64,000 nt of DNA from an uncultured Gemmatimonadaceae bacterium (GCA_963790305.1 CAWBOC010000009.1:544001-608000), one strand, 5' to 3'. Counted from the first letter of the stretch, positions 27,935-38,908 are shown. Numbers and translations: made by a program. The notes: generated by a model from the letters alone, not told the origin.

Positions 27935-27978
27935 GATGCGAGCAGGGGGGCGCCACGTGGCACCCCCCCGTTCGCATC
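27935..27978 (-). terminator. Hairpin downstream of susD1
   Basis: gatgcgagcaggggggcgcca / tggcacccccccgttcgcatc. Confidence 0.6.
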
Positions 27979-27993
27979 CTGTTCAACCCACTA

Positions 27994-29400
27994 CTACGCG
28001 CTGCGATTGAGACACCCTGTAAAGTTCGGATTGTTCGTTTCCGCGAACGGGACCGGAAGGTTCACGTCATCCCCGTACTCGCCACCCTTGTAGTGGGTGC
28101 CGCTCGGGAACGTGTTGTCCTCCGTTCGATTGTATTGTCTGATGAGGCGTCGCAGGTCGCCCAGCCGCTGGCCGCGACTGAACGTCCAGAATGCCTTTTC
28201 CCGGAAAAACACGTTGATTGCGTCCGCGAGCGTCGCAGGGACTGGCAGCGCCGCCATGACGGGCGCTTGTACCTCTCCCACCTTTGGCGGTGCCGCGCGG
28301 AGCCCGTTCAGAATCGTCATCATGCCGGCGAAATCCTGCGCACGCATCCGAGCTTCCGCGACGATGAGTCGAGCGTCCAGTCCGCTCACGACCGAGATCG
28401 CCGTCGTCCGGCCGTACAGCGTCGTCGTCCGCGAGTTCGTCTGTCCGTCCTGCGACTTCACGGTGTCGCGTCCATTGGCCGCGATCGTGTACACGACCGG
28501 CAGGCGCGGGTCGGCCGCGGTGAAGAATGGAATGGCGTTTCGAACGAGGAAATTCCGCCCGTTTCCTTCCAGCGAGTCGCCAACCGTGTAGCGCCGTGAG
28601 CTCGCAGGCTGCGCCCAAATGGTATTGTCGCCCGACGTGATGGCGAACGTGTGATTGTATGCGAAGGACAGCGGAATCGAATCGACGAGTGCCGCGGCTT
28701 GCGTCACATCGTTGAGTCCGACCAGCGCACGCCCTTTCGAGACCAGCGCCGCCCGCCGGATAGTGACCGTTGCCGAGTCCGTTGCCGTGGCGATCGCTAT
28801 CGCGGAATCGAACGACGCGATCGCCGTTCGGAACACCGAGTCGATGGACAGCGGCATGCCCGGAATCACCTCGTCGCCCTCGAAGCGGCTCAGCGGGATG
28901 CCGTTGCAGAAATCCTGCGCCATTTGCATCTCGGCGTATCCTCGAGCGAAGAACACGTCCGCAATCGTTCGCGGCGGGTCGGGTCGATACTCTCTGAGTC
29001 CGCGAATCGCGAGATCGGATGCGAGGCGAACTCGCGACAGACCGCGAAACATTCCCGTGACCGTCGAATTGTTGGTCTGGACCTTCCGCTGATCGGTTTC
29101 GTCGTTCTGCACGAACGTCGAGCTCGTCGACCACTCGTCGGCCAGGAGACCGCCGAACAACCACGTACTTCCTTCTCCCCCGGTCCCACCCCCGCCGGTG
29201 ATATCGCGGAAGAAGTCCAGCGCGCCGTTGGCGAGCGCCAACGCCCCTTCCGCATTCTGCACATCCTCCGGACTGATCAGGTCCGGATCCTTTGCCTCCA
29301 GGAGCGAGTCCGTGAGGTCGCACGCCGCAATCGCGAGCAGTCCCGCCGCCGCGAGCACGCGCACCCCCGCTCGGCTCCATGCGGTCATCTCTCGTCTCAT
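27994..29400 (-). CDS. SusD/RagB-family lipoprotein (type A, pair 1)
   Basis: Lipobox IAAC; ARLIVAEA; FREKAFWTFSRGQRLGDLRR; PVPFAETNNPN. Confidence 0.88.
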   Translation of the reverse strand: MRREMTAWSRAGVRVLAAAGLLAIAACDLTDSLLEAKDPDLISPEDVQNAEGALALANGALDFFRDITGGGGTGGEGSTWLFGGLLADEWSTSSTFVQNDETDQRKVQTNNSTVTGMFRGLSRVRLASDLAIRGLREYRPDPPRTIADVFFARGYAEMQMAQDFCNGIPLSRFEGDEVIPGMPLSIDSVFRTAIASFDSAIAIATATDSATVTIRRAALVSKGRALVGLNDVTQAAALVDSIPLSFAYNHTFAITSGDNTIWAQPASSRRYTVGDSLEGNGRNFLVRNAIPFFTAADPRLPVVYTIAANGRDTVKSQDGQTNSRTTTLYGRTTAISVVSGLDARLIVAEARMRAQDFAGMMTILNGLRAAPPKVGEVQAPVMAALPVPATLADAINVFFREKAFWTFSRGQRLGDLRRLIRQYNRTEDNTFPSGTHYKGGEYGDDVNLPVPFAETNNPNFTGCLNRSA

Positions 29401-29427
29401 GGGTCTGAGTTCTCCAGGGATGGTCGT

Positions 29428-32400
29428 TTAGAAGCCGAGGTTGACTCGGAAGATGAGCGTCGATGTCGGCCCGAACGTCTGGAACTCGTCAGGCGTATCA
29501 CTCGATTCGCCGGCGAGCCGGTCCGTCTCCGGATCGACGCCACGATAGTCGGACCAGACGGCCAGATTGCGCGCCGTCAGGACGAACTGGGCGCTCGACG
29601 CTCGCATCATCGCCGCCCACCGCTCGGGGGCGCGCAGCGATAGCGACATTTCGCGGAACCGCAGGAAATCGCCCTTCTGGATGAACCCTGCCACCGTGCG
29701 TGTGGGATGGTCGCGCGTGGCGACGACCATGGCCTGCTCCTCGAACGAGGCGCTCGGGTTCATGAGCCCGTTGCAGTTTCCACGGCTCACGCACCGAATC
29801 CGCTCCGTGTTGTTGTACCAGTAATGCCCGCCACGCCAGTCGAACATCGCCTGGACGCGGAGCACGCGCTTGAAGAGATCGAGCCCGCCGGTGGTGGTGA
29901 TGTTGTGGCGCGGCTGGGTGTAGCCGATGAAGCTCGCGACGCTATCGACGAACACCTCGTTCAGCGCCGCGCTCGAGTTGTACGTCAGAATGCCGTCGCC
30001 GTTCTTGTCGTCCCATCCCCGGATCTTCCGCTCCCAGAAACCGAACAGCGGATAGCCTTCCACGACACGAGTGGTGACGCCGATCTGCGGCGGCGTTCCA
30101 CCCAGGCTGATGAGCTTGTTGGAGTTCGTGGAGCCACTCACCGTCAGATCGAAGCCGACCGATTCGCGCTGCAAGAGCTGGGTGTTCACGAGCAGCTCCC
30201 ACCCGTGGTTCTGGACCGCGCCGAGGTTTCTCCGCACCGTCGTGGCGAGGGCGCCGTAGGAGGGAGGAATGACGGCACTGATGAGCGCGTCCTTCGTGCG
30301 CTTGCGGTAATGTGTGAGATCCAGCGTGGCGCGGTCATTGAGGAATCGCGCCTCGAACCCCATTTCGAGCTCGGTCGTGCGCTCCGGCCGCAACACTTCA
30401 TTCCCGATCTCGTCGAATCGGACAGCCGGCACGTCGACGGCGCGGAGGTTCGTCGCCTCGCCGCCATACGTGCGCAGCGCATCATTCGACCCGGGCTGAA
30501 CCCCGGACGCGCCGTACGCCGTGCGAAGTCGGAAGTAGCTCATCCATCCCAGCTCGGGGAAGAATGCCTCATCGGACAGAATCCACGAGACGCTGAACTT
30601 GGGATAGAACACGCGCTGGAACTCGGTGCCGAACGCGCTGTTCTGGTCGGTGCGTACCGCCGCCGTCAGGAAGAGCCGATCGTTGAGCGTGACGGACTCC
30701 TCGACGAACAGGCCGAGCGTCTTGGAATACGTCGACGACTCTCTCGAGCCGGGCTGGGCCGCGTTATTCGGGATCTGCTGTCCCGGTGGAAGGTCTTCAC
30801 CCGACGCCTCACCGAACTGAAGCTTGTAGTCGACGTACTGTACGCCGACCGTCGTCCGCGACAGGATGTTCTCTCGGAATTGCCACGATGCGCTGCTCGC
30901 GAGATCGGCGCTCACGTTCCGAATGTCGGCGCGCGTGTTCGTCTTGAAGCCGAGGCGGTACGTGTTGTTGATCGGGCGGGCCACTCCCGCGCAGCAGCAG
31001 GTTATCGTCGACGCGATCCGTGAAGTCGTTGCCGAAGTTCATTCGCGTGTCGAGCCACGACGTCGGCCGCCAGTTCGCGCTGACGCTGCCAATGTAGCGA
31101 TTGAGCTTCTGACCGAGCTTCTCCTCCCACGAATACCCCGGCGTCCACGCGCGGTAGCCATTGAGCGGAGTGCCAAGGCCGCCGCCCACGGTGCCGTTCT
31201 CGCGATAGCCGGGGCCACCGAACACCTGCGAGCCGATGCCCACCGTCGCGTTGGACTCGGGCGAGTAGCGCTGGTCGATGTTGATGAAGTTGAAAAACAC
31301 CGAGATGTCCAGCGTCGAGCTCGCCGCGGCGCTCAGGTTCGCGCGGAAGCTGTTCCGCCCGAGCACGTTCGGGCGCTCGGTCCACTCTGGAATCGGTAGC
31401 CCTAACGAGTCGAACCGCCGCCGCTCGAACTGTGGCAGCTCGAACACGCCGGTCTCGCCCTCGCGCTCGGCGGACACGAAGTAGCGAACGATCTCGGTGC
31501 CGCCGGAGACCTGCGCGCCGAACTGGTAGCGGTTGCCCATCCCGATCGGCGTGAGGTCGTCGTCTTCCATGATGTCGAGCGTTCGCACGCTGTCGCGGAT
31601 GCACGAACCCGCGGACACCTGTGGGAGCGTGCAAGAGCGTCCGGCCGTCAAGCCGGGGGAATGTCCCCAGATCGTGTAGTTCGTGGGATAGTCGTTCCGG
31701 TCTTTGAGGAGGCCGCCTTCGACGTAGGCCGTCCACTTCGCCGGGCCGGCGCGACCGCGCTTGGTCGTGATCACGACGACGCCGTTCGCGGCGTCGGTGC
31801 CGTACAGCGTAGCCGCCGACGGGCCCTTGACGATCTCAATGTTCTCGATCTCGTCGGGGTTGATGTCGCCCGCCCGGCTCGGCTGCGTGCCACCCGTGAA
31901 GAGCTCCGAGGAGTTGGAGTTCCTCGTCATGCGCACGCCGTCGATGATGTAGATCGGGTCGTTGGAGAGATTGAGGCTGCTCTGCCCGCGAATGCGGACG
32001 CGCGATCCCGACCCGGTTTGAGAGCTCGTAACGACGGTGACGCCAGGCGCACGCGAGTTGAGCACGTCGGCGATGGTCGATACCGGGGCGGTCTCGGTCA
32101 CGTCAGCCACGTTGATCGTCGCGACGGCGTTTCCCAGCTCTTCTCGCGCCGTCTGGCCCGTCGCCGTCGTCACCACCGGTGCGATGCTCACTGCCACCTG
32201 CGCCAACGTGAACTCGACGGTGGCCGGCTGCCCGGCCGCGACTTGCACCGGCCTGCGCTGCTCGGCGTAGCCGACGCGAAGCGCACGCACCTGCACGGTC
32301 CCTTGCGGAACGTTGCGGAGGAGCAGCCGGCCCTCGGAGTTCGTCACGCCGCCGAGGTTCGTCCCGACTACGTTCACCTGCACCGCTTCGATTGGGCGGG

Positions 32401-32524
32401 CAGTCCCCTGCTCCGTCACCTGGACCTGGATACTTCCCTGCTGCGCGTGCGCAGCCGTCGCGCTGATGAGCAACGCGAGAGCCACGCCTGCACAGCGCAT
32501 CGCGCTGACAACGTGGACGTGCAT
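29428..32524 (-). CDS. SusC/RagA TonB-dependent transporter (type A, pair 1), one-base frameshift at ~30975
   Basis: N-terminal carboxypeptidase-regulatory-like domain, plug DINPDEIENIEIVKGPSAATLYGTDAANGVVVITTKRG; the barrel continues in the +1 frame to C-terminal Phe. Confidence 0.9.
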
Positions 32525-32679
32525 CCGACACCTCCGTGTCGCGGGAAAGCGCACGCCTCCCGGCGCGCGCAGATAACACGATCGGGAGCGCAACCTCAGG
32601 GGCCGCCACCATCACGCGGATACTCGGCATCGGCACGAGCATCCATGGGGCGCATCACGGTTCAGTCGGGAACGCCCAA

Positions 32680-32708
32680 AGGTTGCGGCCAAGTCACGGG
32701 GCTGTCAA
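32680..32708 (-). promoter_or_regulatory. Sigma-70-type promoter of susC1
   Basis: TTGACA-N17-CAACCT; spacer shares GTGAC-NN-GGCCG with the susC2 promoter. Confidence 0.55.
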
Positions 32709-32934
32709 GACAGCGTTGGCGAAGGGTCTGGGACAGGAGGTGGGACGACCCGCACGCGCGGTGAGGCAGTCAGCGAAACGTCACGATTCCGGGCGATTCC
32801 CCCCGAGAGTGTTCCTCCCGTGGCGGGATCGTGTAAGCCTTCGCCCCAGCCAGTGCCGTAAGCACTCGTTAGGGTGTCGCATGAAGGAACACGCGCATCG
32901 CTCGAATGCGCGGCCACTCCTTCAGGAGGCTTCG

Positions 32935-33402
32935 ATGCTCGCCCGAATTCATCGCGTGCTCTGCGCCGGTGCTCTCATCGCCGTGGGCGTCCTCGCCTGC
33001 ACGCCGGCTACCTCCAGCTCGCTGCGTCCGGCGCGGCACGTGGGTCCTGCGGCGCCACTGACCCCGACGAGTCGACTCATCGATGCCGACCGAATTCAGC
33101 GGTCGGGGTCGCAATCGGCGCTCAATGCGATCCGCGCGCTCGTGCCCGGATACCGTTCGCTCGAATCCCGGCCCATGGGAACGGACTGGATCGGTATCCC
33201 CGGCGCTTCCCGCAGCTCACTTCGAGTGCTCGTGGATGGCCACCCGGTTGGCGACCTGGAGTCGCTCCGCATGGTTCCGGCGCGGGATATCATCGCCATA
33301 CACATCCTGAGCGCGCCTGACGCGATGATTCGGTTCGGACCGGGCTTCAACGGTGGCGTGATCGTCGTACAGACCTTGGGGTCGCTGCGCCCCCTCGACT
33401 GA
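32935..33402 (+). CDS. Stand-alone TonB-dependent-receptor plug-domain lipoprotein
   Basis: Lipobox VLAC; VLVDG...LRMVPARDIIAIHILSAPDAMIRFG...GGVIVVQT; no barrel. Confidence 0.75.
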   Translation: MLARIHRVLCAGALIAVGVLACTPATSSSLRPARHVGPAAPLTPTSRLIDADRIQRSGSQSALNAIRALVPGYRSLESRPMGTDWIGIPGASRSSLRVLVDGHPVGDLESLRMVPARDIIAIHILSAPDAMIRFGPGFNGGVIVVQTLGSLRPLD

Positions 33403-33417
33403 GCACCCGTGCGGCAT

Positions 33418-33446
33418 TTGACAATGAAGTGGCACCGGCATATCAA
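33418..33446 (+). promoter_or_regulatory. Sigma-70-type promoter
   Basis: TTGACA-N17-TATCAA upstream of ATG 33485. Confidence 0.5.
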
Positions 33447-33484
33447 TCGCGAGGGTACTTTACAACTTCCTCAACCCTCCGAGA

Positions 33485-33982
33485 ATGCGTCATCGTCCAC
33501 TCCTCTTCGTCAGCGCCGCTGGTCTGCTCGCATCGGCTTGTGCGTCGTCCTCGTCGACGCCCAGGGAAACAGCGGCCGCGGCACCCTCTCGCGGCGGTTG
33601 GACAGGGACGTTCCAGGCTACGCAGGAACGGACCGGCGTCCTCGCGCCAACCCGTCTCCAGCAGGCAAGCGGCACAGTCCGGTTGCGGGCATCAGAGCGC
33701 GATCCGCAGCGCACGTCGGTATCGCTGACTGTCTCAACCGCTGTGCGAGAGACGACATCCCTCCGGTGGGCCGTGCTGCCCGGCGGGTGCGGCGCCGGCT
33801 CCCTCCCCCTGCTCGGATTCGACCAGTTCGCACCACTCGACGTGACGTCGAGCGGCCGGGGCCAGTTGGAGGTCGAAATCCCGTTGCCCATACCAGAGTC
33901 AGGGACGTATCACGTCAACGTCTACTCCGGCGGAACGCAGTTGAACAACGTGGTGACCTGCGCGAATCTTCGCCGGTCGTAA
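33485..33982 (+). CDS. Lipoprotein with Cu/Zn-SOD-like / CHRD-like beta-sandwich
   Basis: Lipobox ASAC; SGTVRL, WAVLPGGCG, YHVNVY, VVTCANL; His ligands apparently absent. Confidence 0.6.
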   Translation: MRHRPLLFVSAAGLLASACASSSSTPRETAAAAPSRGGWTGTFQATQERTGVLAPTRLQQASGTVRLRASERDPQRTSVSLTVSTAVRETTSLRWAVLPGGCGAGSLPLLGFDQFAPLDVTSSGRGQLEVEIPLPIPESGTYHVNVYSGGTQLNNVVTCANLRRS

Positions 33983-34011
33983 GCCGGCGCAGGTTCGCCA
34001 AGATTCGCCGA

Positions 34012-34054
34012 AACACAATGGGGCGCGTACCGAAAGTACGCGCCCCATTGTGTT
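34012..34054. terminator. Bidirectional terminator hairpin
   Basis: aacacaatggggcgcgtac-cgaaa-gtacgcgccccattgtgtt, perfect 19-bp stem between convergent genes. Confidence 0.85.
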
Positions 34055-34085
34055 CCACCCTGCTCTTGCACCCTTCGTGAAGCCC

Positions 34086-35564
34086 TTACATGTCCGGTCG
34101 TCCGATCCCACCGAACGTGTAGATCGGCAGCTGCAGCGTTTCAAGTTCCTTTGCCGGAATGGGGAGGTGCCTCACCGTACCGGCCTGTAGCCCATCCACG
34201 TGCCGGCGACGGAAGAACGCCATTCCGCTCGAGTTCAGGAGTTCGATCTCGCGCTCGTAGTCAATGTACTCGAGAAGCTTGTCACTGCCCTCGGCGGCCG
34301 TGGCGGCGGGCAAGCCGCCTCGCCCCACGCGAGTGATGTTGATCAACGTAGCCGCCTGCGCGAGGCTGCCGCCCGTCTTGATGAGCGCCTCAGCGAGCAC
34401 GAGATCACTCTCCGCCGCCAGCAGATACGGCACCGGGGTCGCTGCCGCGGTCGGCGAGAACCGCGCATGGTGGTCGTACCGGCTGTGGAACCAGGGCGTC
34501 TGCATGTAGATGCCGCGCCCCGGATCACCGATCACGTTGCCCGAGTGCGTGAAGTCGGTGTTGTACCGGTTATCCGGTGAAGAACCCTTCGGTACAATGG
34601 TCCCGTTGAACTTCGCCGGCTGCGACGGGTCCATGCGGTTGATGAGTCGCATGTCCACCCGTACCCAGCTCTGCTCGTTTCCGTAGAAGTTGATGTACGA
34701 CCACCAGTTGGTGTTGTCTCCCCGAACGACGACGTCGAACGCTGTACCCGCCGTCCCTGTTCCTATCCCCTTTTCGGCGAGCGCCTTGACCTTGGCCCAA
34801 TCCACCCCCGCCACGTCAGCGGCGCGGCGCGGCGTGTACGCCAGGAGCAGCGCGTGCATCGTGTTCGCGATGCGGTTGAGCCGCACCGAGTTGAGCGGCC
34901 CGGGCACGAGCGGCAGCGTAGCCGCTGTGTAGGTAAAGCCCGCACCGGCCGTCGCGGTGATCAGCTCATCCCACCATTTGCTGGCGGAGTCGGAGGCTGC
35001 CTCGAACGGGACCAGCTCCGGTTTCGGGTCGGTCTCCGGGTTGAACTCCTCATTCACCACAAATGCACGATCGAAGAGGAGGGCCAGATTGGTGAGTGAG
35101 GCCACCCGGCTGAACAGCGCCAGGTGCAAGAACGCGTCACTCGGCGTAGCATCGCCCAACGCTTCATTGCGGATGACACGAATGACATCATTGGCCGCGC
35201 CGATCGTCGAGTAGTTGTCCTCCCACGGCCGGTTGGTGACCTCGCGATCACCCCCCGCCGAGTTGTTCTCGTAGGGAATACGCGGCTCGAGGTTGTTGAA
35301 CCGCATCCCGAAGTTGCCGAAGTTGCCGGTGAGAACGTCGGCGGTCACCCCCAACATCATGTACGGCTCGTAGTAGGTGCTTGCCATGTACCAGCTATTG
35401 ACGGACGAGATGGCGATGTTCTGCACATCCTCGGCAGTCGCCAGCGCACGCTCCACGTCGGGATTGTTCGGGTTCGTGACATCCAGGTCCGTCTGGCAAG
35501 CAGCGCTTGCGAGGACCAGCATCACGCCCGCGGACAATCCGCCAAGTCTCTTTGAGATTCTCAT
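34086..35564 (-). CDS. SusD/RagB-family lipoprotein (type B, pair 2)
   Basis: Lipobox SAAC, NPNNPDVERALA, ESDLVLAEA, YEREIEL, PIPAKEL. Confidence 0.88.
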   Translation of the reverse strand: MRISKRLGGLSAGVMLVLASAACQTDLDVTNPNNPDVERALATAEDVQNIAISSVNSWYMASTYYEPYMMLGVTADVLTGNFGNFGMRFNNLEPRIPYENNSAGGDREVTNRPWEDNYSTIGAANDVIRVIRNEALGDATPSDAFLHLALFSRVASLTNLALLFDRAFVVNEEFNPETDPKPELVPFEAASDSASKWWDELITATAGAGFTYTAATLPLVPGPLNSVRLNRIANTMHALLLAYTPRRAADVAGVDWAKVKALAEKGIGTGTAGTAFDVVVRGDNTNWWSYINFYGNEQSWVRVDMRLINRMDPSQPAKFNGTIVPKGSSPDNRYNTDFTHSGNVIGDPGRGIYMQTPWFHSRYDHHARFSPTAAATPVPYLLAAESDLVLAEALIKTGGSLAQAATLINITRVGRGGLPAATAAEGSDKLLEYIDYEREIELLNSSGMAFFRRRHVDGLQAGTVRHLPIPAKELETLQLPIYTFGGIGRPDM

Positions 35565-35597
35565 GGTATTCAGATTTCTCCTAAGGGCGGTTGTCCG

Positions 35598-38500
35598 TTA
35601 GAACTGGATCTCCACCTGGCCCGTGAGGGTGCGGAAATTGGGATAGCGGAAGCCGTCGATGCGGAAGTTGAAATCGTTGCCTGACGTGACTTCCGGATCG
35701 AAACCGGTGTAATCGGTCCACGTGAACAGGTTGCGGCCGATGAGCGCGACCTTGATTCCGCTCGCGTAGCGGTCAATGCCAATGCGCGCGAGCATCGGGG
35801 TGGCGAAGGTATAGCTGGCCGACAGCTCGCGGAGCTTCACGTAGGACCCGTCCTCCACGAAGTAGTCGTTCGCGACCAGTCCGTTGTACAATCCCGCCGC
35901 GTAGAAATTGAGCGGCACCTTCGAGGCGGAGTCCTTACCGGCCTGGTCCTGGTCCCCGTGACGGTGGTCCTGGAACATCCACTGCTTGGTGAAGTTGTAA
36001 ATGTCACCGCCGCGCTGGCCATCAAACAAGGCGTATAGACCGAAGCCCTTGTATCGGAAGTTGTTGGCGAACCCGAACGAGAAGTCGGGGTTCACATCGC
36101 CGATACGGTGTTGGGTTTCCCCGGCCGCATTCACGTACCTGATCGGGGCGTTGCGATTCGTCTTCAGGACGAGATACCCGAGAGGGTTGATCTCGTAGTT
36201 CGTTTCCACGGCGGCCGCATTCGCTGGGTTTTCCTTGAGCTCGGCGAACGACCGAATCCACTTGGCTCCGTAGATCATTCCGAGCGGCTCGCCAACCTTG
36301 TAATAGAAGACCTCCTGCCCCTGACCCTGAGCATTGCGGTCGTCCGTCGCGGCGAACGTCACGCGGAAAGGTGCCCGGTTCATCCGGGTGATTTCCTGGC
36401 GTGTCCGGTCTGCCGTGAGCGTAAACGAGTAGCTGAAATCCGTTCGATCGAGGACACGGGTGTTGAGCGCTAGCTCCCACGTGTTCGCATCGACATCGGC
36501 CGCGTTCTGAACCTGCTCAGTAAACCCACCGGTCTGCGCCGGTGACAGCGGCACGCGCAGGAACGCGCCCTCGGTAAACCGCTTGGCGTAGACGACCTCG
36601 ACATCGAACCGGTCGAGGAAGGCCACGTTCAGCCCAAACTCGTCTTCGGTTTGAATTGCCGGCTTGAGTGCCTTGTTGCCGACCTGGTTCTTTGCAATCT
36701 GCCCAGCGTCTACGGTATAGGTCTCGTACTGGTCGGCGAATAGCGGACGAAGTCCAGCGGTCCCACGCGCTGCGCGGATCTTGAACTCCTGAACGCCGGG
36801 AATCGAGAAGTCCTCACTGATCCGATAGGCGCCGGATACGCGGTAGAAGTCCTGCCAGCGCTCGTCGGCCCCGAAAAGCGAGGAGCCATCACGGCGGTAG
36901 AGGAAGTCGAGCAGATACCGGTCGCGAATGTCCAGCGACTGCGAGGCCATGTAGTTGATGGTCCGCGCAAAGTTGCTTCTCGAGTTGACGTTGAGCTCTG
37001 CCGGCGCCAGCGCGGCGAGATCCGGCACCTCGGACAGCACCAGACGATTCCCTTCGGCCAGGAAGTAGTTGACCCGGTTGTTGTCCAATACGTATGCCAG
37101 GCGCGTCGTGGACCCAACCTGGTTGAAGAACGACTTCGTCGCCGTGGCGCTGATCTGCGTGTTGTCGCCGACGTTGTTCCAGGTCTCCCGGTCCAATTCA
37201 CCTGGACCTGGGGTGCCGCCCTCGGTCTGATAGCCGCGGAACTCGTAATAGTTGTCGAGGCGATTCAGGCGGTCGGTCCCGTAGCTGGCTTCGAGGCGCA
37301 GCCACTCCCATGGGCGATAGCGGCCCGAGGCCGAACCGAGAATGCGCTCGCGCCGCTGCCGGAAGTCCGCATTGGCCAGGAAGTACAGAGGATTCGTCCG
37401 GGCGCTCGGCGAAGGAACCAGCCGGTGATACTGCGGCCCGGTGCGGCCAACTGGAAACTCGAGATTGACCTCGGGTGGCATCTGCATCAGCTCGAACCAC
37501 GAAGCGCTTCCAATCGGGTCGTAATCATTTTTCTGAATGCCGTACGTAAATCCGAGTGAGAGATCGGCCTTCGAGGAGATGCCTTGGTCAATGTTCACCC
37601 TGACGTTCTGGCGATCGAGACCGTGAATGAGCGGCAAAACTCCCTCGTTCCGATCGACTGTGATCGACGAGTTGAAGTTCGTGGTCCCCCGCCGCATCCC
37701 CATCTGCACGTTCGTCGAGATGTACTGGCCGTTCTCCGTCCATTCCTTGAGCTGGTTCCGCCACCGGTTCGGCCCAGAGGATGGGAATGGATTGTCGGCG
37801 ATACCGTTGGGATCGAGGATGCGTCCGCCCGTCGGCGTCAGCGCGAAGCTGCCATCCGGGTTGAGGACGTAGTGATGGCTGGCGTTGATCGGGACGTAGT
37901 TCTCGATACCCGACTGCCCGACCTCGGTCCGCAGCGTGACCTGGAGCTTGTCGTCCGAGAAGTTCCGCCCGCGTTTTGTCTTGATGTTGACGACGCCGTT
38001 CGCCGCGTCGGAACCATAGAAGGAGGCGGCGGCCGCACCCTTGAGCACTTCGATCGACTCGATGTCGTTCGCGTCGAGATCGGAAATGCTGTTACGCGTA
38101 ATGACGCCGTCGACGATGATCAGCGGCTGGCTGGCCCCAGGCGTGAGGCTCGTCGATCCGCGAAGACGGATCGTCGGGGCCGCACCCGGGTTTCCTCGAC
38201 CAGTTGCTACTCGCGCGCCGGAGACCTTACCCGCGAGCGCCGCGATCGGCGAGCTCGCCGGGACCTCCTTCAGCTGCTCCTCGGTCACCTGGCCAACGGA
38301 GATCGTGAGCTTTTCGCGCGACGTCGCCTCACTGACGCCCGTGACGACCACTTCCTGTAGCCGGAAGGGATCGGCCTCGAGCTGGAAGCTCTGCTCCTGG
38401 GTGCCCGCCGAGAGGGTGACCGTGCGGGTCTGTGGGCGGTGGCCGATGAGGCGAACCCCAAGGGCGACCGACTGGCCCGTCGCCTGCGCGCTCGGAACTG

Positions 38501-38711
38501 TGAGGCGATAGTTGCCATCGGTCCCCGTCGCCGTGCCCAGATTCATCGTCTGGATGAACACGTTGGCGCCCATGAGTGGGGCACCCTGGGCATTTGTCAC
38601 GCGCCCGGTGATGATTGCTTCCTGCGCTGCAGCGCCGTTCGCGGACAACAGTGCGACGAGCAGCACTGCGATCCCGGCGGTGATACTTCTGACATGTATC
38701 GCTGGCATCAT
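35598..38711 (-). CDS. SusC/RagA TonB-dependent transporter (type B, pair 2)
   Basis: DIESIEVLKGAAAASFYGSDAANGVVNIKTKRG; FVEDGSYVKLRE; YTGFDPEV; C-terminal Phe. Confidence 0.93.
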   Translation of the reverse strand: MMPAIHVRSITAGIAVLLVALLSANGAAAQEAIITGRVTNAQGAPLMGANVFIQTMNLGTATGTDGNYRLTVPSAQATGQSVALGVRLIGHRPQTRTVTLSAGTQEQSFQLEADPFRLQEVVVTGVSEATSREKLTISVGQVTEEQLKEVPASSPIAALAGKVSGARVATGRGNPGAAPTIRLRGSTSLTPGASQPLIIVDGVITRNSISDLDANDIESIEVLKGAAAASFYGSDAANGVVNIKTKRGRNFSDDKLQVTLRTEVGQSGIENYVPINASHHYVLNPDGSFALTPTGGRILDPNGIADNPFPSSGPNRWRNQLKEWTENGQYISTNVQMGMRRGTTNFNSSITVDRNEGVLPLIHGLDRQNVRVNIDQGISSKADLSLGFTYGIQKNDYDPIGSASWFELMQMPPEVNLEFPVGRTGPQYHRLVPSPSARTNPLYFLANADFRQRRERILGSASGRYRPWEWLRLEASYGTDRLNRLDNYYEFRGYQTEGGTPGPGELDRETWNNVGDNTQISATATKSFFNQVGSTTRLAYVLDNNRVNYFLAEGNRLVLSEVPDLAALAPAELNVNSRSNFARTINYMASQSLDIRDRYLLDFLYRRDGSSLFGADERWQDFYRVSGAYRISEDFSIPGVQEFKIRAARGTAGLRPLFADQYETYTVDAGQIAKNQVGNKALKPAIQTEDEFGLNVAFLDRFDVEVVYAKRFTEGAFLRVPLSPAQTGGFTEQVQNAADVDANTWELALNTRVLDRTDFSYSFTLTADRTRQEITRMNRAPFRVTFAATDDRNAQGQGQEVFYYKVGEPLGMIYGAKWIRSFAELKENPANAAAVETNYEINPLGYLVLKTNRNAPIRYVNAAGETQHRIGDVNPDFSFGFANNFRYKGFGLYALFDGQRGGDIYNFTKQWMFQDHRHGDQDQAGKDSASKVPLNFYAAGLYNGLVANDYFVEDGSYVKLRELSASYTFATPMLARIGIDRYASGIKVALIGRNLFTWTDYTGFDPEVTSGNDFNFRIDGFRYPNFRTLTGQVEIQF

Positions 38712-38879
38712 GCCGTTCCTCGTTGAGGAGTTTGCTTCGTGCAATGGCCTTCGAGTCAAAGGCGGTGGGCTTAACCGCGACCCACCGCAAATGCCACCTA
38801 ACGGTGTCTTGGCACCTCCCTGTTTGGAAAAGGTGTGGATCGTGTCGGGGGGGTTAGGAAGGAGTAAGGAAAGCGCCCC

Positions 38880-38908
38880 ATCATGCGGCCGTGTCACCAA
38901 TGTGTCAA
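38880..38908 (-). promoter_or_regulatory. Sigma-70-type promoter of susC2
   Basis: TTGACA-N17-CATGAT. Confidence 0.6.

Noticed and set aside
29428..32524. SusC1 as a naturally split two-gene transporter
   Set aside because: The second ORF has no signal peptide and the frames join with one base removed; the three paralogs are intact
38712..38879. Possible riboswitch in the susC2 leader
   Set aside because: Hairpins are present but I recognised no cobalamin, TPP or other aptamer consensus; an Rfam search is needed
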